DNA of 64,000 nucleotides from Eledone cirrhosa (lineage: Eukaryota). Positions within the stretch are counted from its first letter, which is position 1. Every line of letters starts with the position of its first letter. The position numbers and the translations under genes were made by a program. The notes under the pieces were generated by a model that saw nothing but the letters and a program-made list of their open reading frames with translations, was not told the DNA's origin and ran no database searches. The stretch spans positions 5,022,001-5,086,000 of the forward strand of contig OZ024751.1 in NCBI GenBank assembly GCA_964016885.1, read 5' to 3'. Of this stretch, positions 57,843 through 64,000 are shown piece after piece.

Positions 57843-59047
57843 TTATGTATATGTATATATTTATGTATATGTATGTATGTATATATATATATAAAAGTGT
57901 GTATGTATATGTATCTATCTCTATATATATGTATGTATATGTATTTATATGTATATGTACGTATATGTATATATATGTGTATATATATGTATATATATAT
58001 ATGTATGTATATGTATATATATGTATGTATATGTAGATACATATGTATGAATATGTACGTATATATATATATGCATGTATATATATATATATATGTACAT
58101 GCATATATATCCTAAACGGACGGTAGTCCGTTTAGTAATATTGTTGTGGTCGTGTTTTCGTTGGCAATCGTCTGTTTACGACAGTACAGCGCGGCTCTAC
58201 TTTATTTAACTGAGATAAAACTTATATGAGCATGAACAGTAGATCATTACGCATCTTTTGGCTTAAAAATCTAGAAATTTGGTCCAGCGGGACAAAGTTT
58301 ATAATCAAAGTTTGCTGATAAATCTTGTGTTCAAGTGAGTGAGTAGTGAGCGTGACGCTAGGGGAGGTAATCCAGAAATGACGAATTTTCTTCGGCGGAA
58401 CTCTTGTGATTGTGATTACGTTAGTCAAATGTAGTCAAATCGCCGAATCCCCTCCTCCTAATTGACTACGTCATTTCTGAACGGCACCTACTTGCGTCAG
58501 TGTGAAACATTACTTCACTTTTCACTGCTAAAATGCTTTTTAAATACTTCGTTAAAAATGTATGTTTATTATCAAAGCTATTTTTTGCGAAAATATAGGT
58601 AAACATGTGAGTTAAATTTTTTTTAATCGCCTCGATCGCTTTGTCGCACCGACTGTGACACTGTCTGACTGTCTGTCTGACTGACACCTTTGTCGGACCG
58701 ACACCTTTGTTCAAGCGGACAACTTTGTGTCACTGACACCTTTGTTCGTGCCGGCATCTCTGCGAAACACCGATGACAACAACTAGACCAAAATTTCACT
58801 TCATTCTTCATTCTTCATTCTTCTTCAAGACCGATCGCCGACCGATCATTTCGGTTGCTCTTCATATACCAGGTATTCAACAGATAGTTTGCACTTCTAG
58901 TATTATTAACAGTCGTGCGATTTTTTGTACCGATAGGTGCGAATAGTGCGCTATATTTTTGTACCGATAGGTGCGAATAGTGCGATAGGTGCGAATAGTG
59001 TACAATATTTTCTGAGATTTGCATCCACTAATTTCGCTTAATTAAAA

Positions 59048-59843
59048 ATGATGTTTCGCGGCTTTTTGATCGGCTTATTCATTTTTTCCATGGCACGGAA
59101 ATGGAGTATTTCCATTTCGAATCAAAACTTTTCACTAAAATCGGGCAATTGGACTGATCAAATTCACATTCATGCCAGTTTTTACAAATCCATAATTAGA
59201 AATGTGGCGAAATCGAATGACCAGAAGGTATAAAAATATTAATTCAAATGTATTTACTTATCATACCAACAAAAATACTTAGATATTTTGTAAACCTGGG
59301 GCCCGTCAGGGCCAGGTAATGTTAATCGCCAACATTGTTATCTGTTGTCCTTTTGTGAAAGTATTGGTGGTTCATGTCGGCTCTAATGATCTGAATCCTC
59401 GTCGCACCGTTGGCACTACAAAGCTGTGCAAAGTAATACAATAATTTTTGCCCAAGTATTTTTTATTAATCATTTATTTGTAAATTAAGGACAAAGTGCC
59501 CATTCGAGGCACAAAACCGGAAAAACAGGGGAAGAGTCTCTTTGCAAGGCTACAGAAAATAGCGGAAAAGCACCACTGTACACCCATTTTCTACAGTGGT
59601 GTCATTCTACGTCCACAAAGTGTAATTGAAAATAAAAATGACTTGGGCAAGAGAAATTCTCGTTTGGAAAAGTTTAATTACTGCATCAAAGAAATGATTC
59701 AAAAATTGAACTTGCCCAATCTTCACAACATTGAAAAGTGGTCAAAATTTGACAAATCTGACTTCAAACCAGATATGATTCATTTGAACAATGTTGGAAA
59801 TCTTAAATTGACACAAATTTTTGCCAATGTTTTTGCCACCTGA
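59048..59843 (+). CDS. putative 3-exon SGNH/GDSL hydrolase-like gene (exons 59048-59227, 59283-59432, 59490-59843; ~227 aa)
   Basis: Blocks in order: KSIIRNV (block I-like, lacks GD), CKPGAR (II), VVHVGSND (III), PDMIHLN (V); two phase-0 GT-AG introns of 55 and 57 nt; AATAAA at 59881. Confidence 0.7.
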
Positions 59844-60023
59844 TCCTTGTTCTATGGCTGACTGACTAATTTTGTGACTTAATAAAATGTCATCATACTA
59901 GTAATGCACAATGGTCATTTTTAAATTTAAATTTTATTAAATAGTTGTTGCTTGCATTGCCTTAAAATAGTAACAAGAATGTACACATACTTTTTAAAAA
60001 TACATCATTATCAGTCAAATCAG

Positions 60024-60383
60024 TCAAATGTCACTAAAAACCAGGTGGTCGATAACAACTTCTATAAGATTAGTTACATGCTCACACATTGGATCACCTC
60101 TCATCAATGGCATTGGGTGTCTGAGATAATCGTGGAGATAACTGATGAAGTCACAAATGAAGTGATGGTCTTCCAGTGTGAACAACTCCCTATATCCATT
60201 GATATATGTGATGGCTTCCGATTCATAGGTGCATTTTATGAGGAATTCCATGCATCCGATTTTCAGTGATTCAATGGGCATTTTATCAGAGATGATAAGG
60301 TATTTGACCACGTTTTGCTTTGTAAGTAAATTGGAGAGAATCACTGCAGTCAAAGTCATTTCTTTGCATGGGTTTTTGTCCAT
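60024..60383 (-). CDS. unknown 119-aa ORF or terminal exon
   Basis: Non-repetitive, protein-like composition; preceded on the minus strand by ttttag; no recognisable motif. Confidence 0.3.
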   Translation of the reverse strand: MDKNPCKEMTLTAVILSNLLTKQNVVKYLIISDKMPIESLKIGCMEFLIKCTYESEAITYINGYRELFTLEDHHFICDFISYLHDYLRHPMPLMRGDPMCEHVTNLIEVVIDHLVFSDI

Positions 60384-60648
60384 TCTAAAAAGTTAAAATG
60401 ATAAAGTATTACTACTATATAACTTACATCTATTGTTGTAACACCATTGAAATGCACAAGTTTCACTATTATGCACTAATCATCTCAAATGCATTCATGA
60501 TTTACTAGCTTTGTCATTAAGCCAGTTGCCTCAACTAGATTGCAATTATACTCAAAAGAACTTTAAAATGTCAATCACTTGTCAGTAATTCACTATGATC
60601 ATTTAATTATTAGATAGTTGTTGCTTACATTGCCTTAAAAAATAGTAG

Positions 60649-61743
60649 ACCAGATAGAAAAATGCGTACAGCAAAAAAAAGTAATATTGTTGGAATATAA
60701 ACCTTTAAAAATACAGGACAAGAAACTAAAATAAAACTTTAAAAGAATAGGACGAGAAACTAAGATAAAACTTTAAAAGAATAGGACAAGAAACTAAGAT
60801 AAAACTTTAAAGAATTGGACAAGAAATAAAAAATTTTACAATAATATTAGTGGCAAATTTTTTTTATTCGTTTCCTGTGCTATGCCCCAGTATCTTCTTG
60901 ATTAGTGCATAATAATTGTCATGCTCTCATTGTGCGTTGCCCCTGAGCGGTTGGTTCTGGTTGGGGTTGGTTGGCTGAGCAGTTCTGCTCCGTCAGAATG
61001 ACCATTGCAAGAAGAATTGGCCGATGCAGCTGCAGGTCTCCTCCAAGAATGCACTTCTGGTCCCGCAACACCAGACGAAGATGGAAAAGACGACCGGGAC
61101 AAGATGTCGACTCTGACCACCGACTACGGCACCTCCCTCAACCACCGGTCCCCCCTCTCTCTGTCCCGTCATCACTCCAGTCCTCCTGCTCCCGCTTCCT
61201 GTACCAGAAAGCTGTGGCACGCATTCATCTGGACTGCCAGACTTGAACTCAAGGACACGATGCAAGGAGAAGATGGACGGGTTGGTCAAGATCAAGGATG
61301 AGCGGGAAGACAAGACCGTCCGATGCTGCTCAAGATCTGTGCTCATGGGCCCATGGGTCCATTCACATTATGCATGACACATGAGGCGTGTCGCCGAATG
61401 ATGAAATAGGGGTATGGTTATGGCCGAATTGGTGTTCAAACCAGGATCAAATGATCCCCCCGGTCTGACGACGACCTCTGAATGTGGAACCCAGAGCCTA
61501 TGAATGTGGAACTCGATTTTTTACCAATAAAAATTTTGCCACTAATATTATTGTAAATTTTTTTATTTCTTGTCCAATTCTTTAAAGTTTTATCTTAGTT
61601 TCTTGTCCTATTCTTTTAAAGTTTTATCTTAGTTTCTTGTCCTATTCTTTTAAAGTTTTATTTTAGTTTCTTGTCCTGTATTTTTAAAGGTTTATATTCC
61701 AACAATATTACTTTTTTTTGCTGTACGCATTTTTCTATCTGGT
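60649..61743. mobile_element. fold-back element: ~220-bp inverted arms (60649-60870 / 61525-61743) with internal ~31-bp tandem subrepeats and a GC-richer spacer
   Basis: Arms are near-identical reverse complements; unit aggacaagaaactaagataaaactttaaaagaat. Confidence 0.85.
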
Positions 61744-61764
61744 ATATGTATGTATATATATATA

Positions 61765-62259
61765 TGTATATAAAGAATGAATAATAAAAGGTAGACATCA
61801 TAAAAAGGTAATTTATTCCGTGTGCTTACAAGTGTTTCCACGGTGGTACTGCAGCCTAGTTCCGCTACGTGCAAATTCACAAGTATTTGCAGAACTCGAA
61901 TATCCAATGCTGTGACCACTGTTTCCTCAGAGCAGAATGGTAAATGTACAATGTAAAAACCCTTAAGTGGGGTTGTTGGGGAAGATAGAGTGGAACAGGA
62001 AGAGAGAAAAGTAGGGAAGAAGGAGAGAGAAGGAAAGATATGCAGGGGTTGGAGTAGGAGAGAGTGGCTTGTAGATATCTTAATCAAAATGTTATGGTAG
62101 GGGTTTTATTGTTTACTTTTGGAGAGATGCGTAGATAGTTGAGGTCGGAATTATTTATTGCCCCAGAGGGCTGCAGTACCACCGTGGAAACACTTGTAAG
62201 CACACGGAATGAATTACCTTTTTTGATGTCTACCTGTTATTATTCATTCTTTATATACA
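61765..62259. mobile_element. PLE pseudo-LTR fold-back relic (arms 61765-61856 / 62169-62259)
   Basis: ~90-bp inverted arms that include the GAAA/stem III half of an HHR. Confidence 0.75.
61823..61934 (-). ncRNA. type I hammerhead ribozyme with long stem II, intact core
   Basis: UGCU-CUGAGGA-aACaGUGGU..long hairpin..ACCACcGUg-GAAA-CACUUG-UA-AGCA. Confidence 0.65.
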
Positions 62260-62538
62260 CTCCGGAATACTGAAGGATCAGGAACTAAGTTTCTTGAACA
62301 ATTCTTCCATAACTCGTAGAGTAACCTCTTACCGTACGTCAACCATATCCAGTGTAGTAATTAACCATCACTACATCTTGGATAATCCTATACCTAATAT
62401 ATATATGTATATGTAGATATATATAGGTATGTATATGTTTATACATGTATGTATATTTATATATGTATGTATATGTATATGTATATATATATGTATGTAT
62501 ATGTATATGTATATAAATATGTATATGTATATGTATAT

Positions 62539-62570
<32 letters not shown>

Positions 62571-62701
62571 GTACATATATATATATGTATGTATAGATAT
62601 ATATAAGTATGTATATGTATATACACATATATATGTATGTGTATATATATGTGTATATATATGTGTTTATGTGTATGTATATATGTGTATATTTATGTAT
62701 G

Positions 62702-62776
<75 letters not shown>

Positions 62777-62904
62777 ATATATATATGTATGTATGTATAT
62801 GTATATATAAATATATGTATGTATGCATATATATATATGTATGTATACATGCATGAAACGAAATTTCATACATACATACATACTTATATATATGCATGTA
62901 TATA

Positions 62905-62950
<46 letters not shown>

Positions 62951-62953
<3 letters not shown>

Positions 62954-63128
62954 GGTACCATGGGCCCAGCACTATGTATCAATAATTGTCACAAGTGTAG
63001 TGTTTGTACCAGAGTTTTCATGTCGCTGGCTGGACTAAAAAGTCACACTCGTTCAGCGCATCGGTAGGGTTTCTCCTACATGGATATAAAGTAGTGGCCG
63101 TACTCGAAAACGAGTTGGCGGCCACCAT
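62951..63128 (+). mobile_element. RTE-like LINE 3' end (C2H2 finger paralog)
   Basis: [23 protein letters not shown]; reverse complement of 32362-32540. Confidence 0.75.
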
Positions 63129-63893
63129 ATATATATGTATGTATCTATATGTATGTATATATATATGTGTATATGTATGTATATATATATTTATGTATAT
63201 GTATATACACACATATATATATGTATATATGTATGTATATGTATGTATATACATATATATATGTATGTATATGTATGTATATATGTATGTATATGTATGT
63301 ATATATATATATATGTATATATATATGTATGTATGTATATGTATGTACATTTATATATGTATATATATATGTGTGTGTATATGTATATATACATACACAG
63401 ACACACACACATATATACATATTATACACATACAAATATATATGTATGTATGTATATGTTTATATACATACACACACACACTTATATATACATATTATAC
63501 ACATACAAATATATATATATATTTATACGCGCCCAAACTGATAATTTAACGTTTACCTTGAACTCAAAGCGCTGTATAAATGTATGATTGTTTCCGGTGA
63601 AGGAAGGCTTATTCACTTTGGACACTTGAAAAATCGCCTGCATGTCTCCATACATCTTATATATCGCTAGGAACGTCTGAGGGATAATGTAAGGTTATAT
63701 TTCAAAGATAAAAATTATTGAAAGCCTTGAAGAAAGGAATTCTTCAATAGGAGGAATTTAAAGGGATTTGTTTTATGTTAACTACACGGATTGAATGAAT
63801 TGGAAGATGCTCCTGCCCTGTATGGCCTCTGCTAGGGATGATGTCAGTATTAGAGATATGAGGAGAGATGTAGGGAGGTCAGTTAAGGTAGGA

Positions 63894-63898
63894 TGATA

Positions 63899-63960
<62 letters not shown>
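63894..63960. repeat. (TGATAA)/(TAA)n microsatellite
   Basis: Direct inspection. Confidence 0.9.
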
Positions 63961-64000
63961 GGGAAGAAGACGCACGAGGTGACGGAGGTCATGAAATCGC

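Overview
Eukaryotic, repeat-saturated animal DNA. The dense (TA)n/(CA)n/(TATC)n microsatellites, RTE/CR1/Tx1 LINEs, Penelope-like elements (PLEs) and tRNA-type SINE resemble an octopus-like cephalopod genome (inference, not verified). No conventional host gene is evident except a compact 3-exon SGNH/GDSL-hydrolase-like gene near 59.0-59.8 kb. Most ORF-track entries are microsatellite artefacts. Two hidden systems stand out. (1) Many type I hammerhead ribozyme (HHR) folds, read by eye from the core CUGANGA...GAAA...NUH plus flanking stems. They occur in a near-identical 470-bp tandem array with a fold-back inversion (1-2547), in 321- and 539-bp repeat units, in PLE pseudo-LTRs and in fold-back relics: about ten sequence families, several with variant cores. 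This suggests PLE-mobilised retrozyme-like non-coding retroelements. (2) A head-to-tail array of three diverged Tx1/L1-clade LINEs in (TATC)n microsatellite, the first with intact ORFs. In all three, a consensus splice donor just before ORF2 and a YAG|G acceptor at the ORF2 stop codon would place ORF2 entirely inside an intron, giving an ORF1-only spliced mRNA. All structures were called manually; no folding or database search was run.
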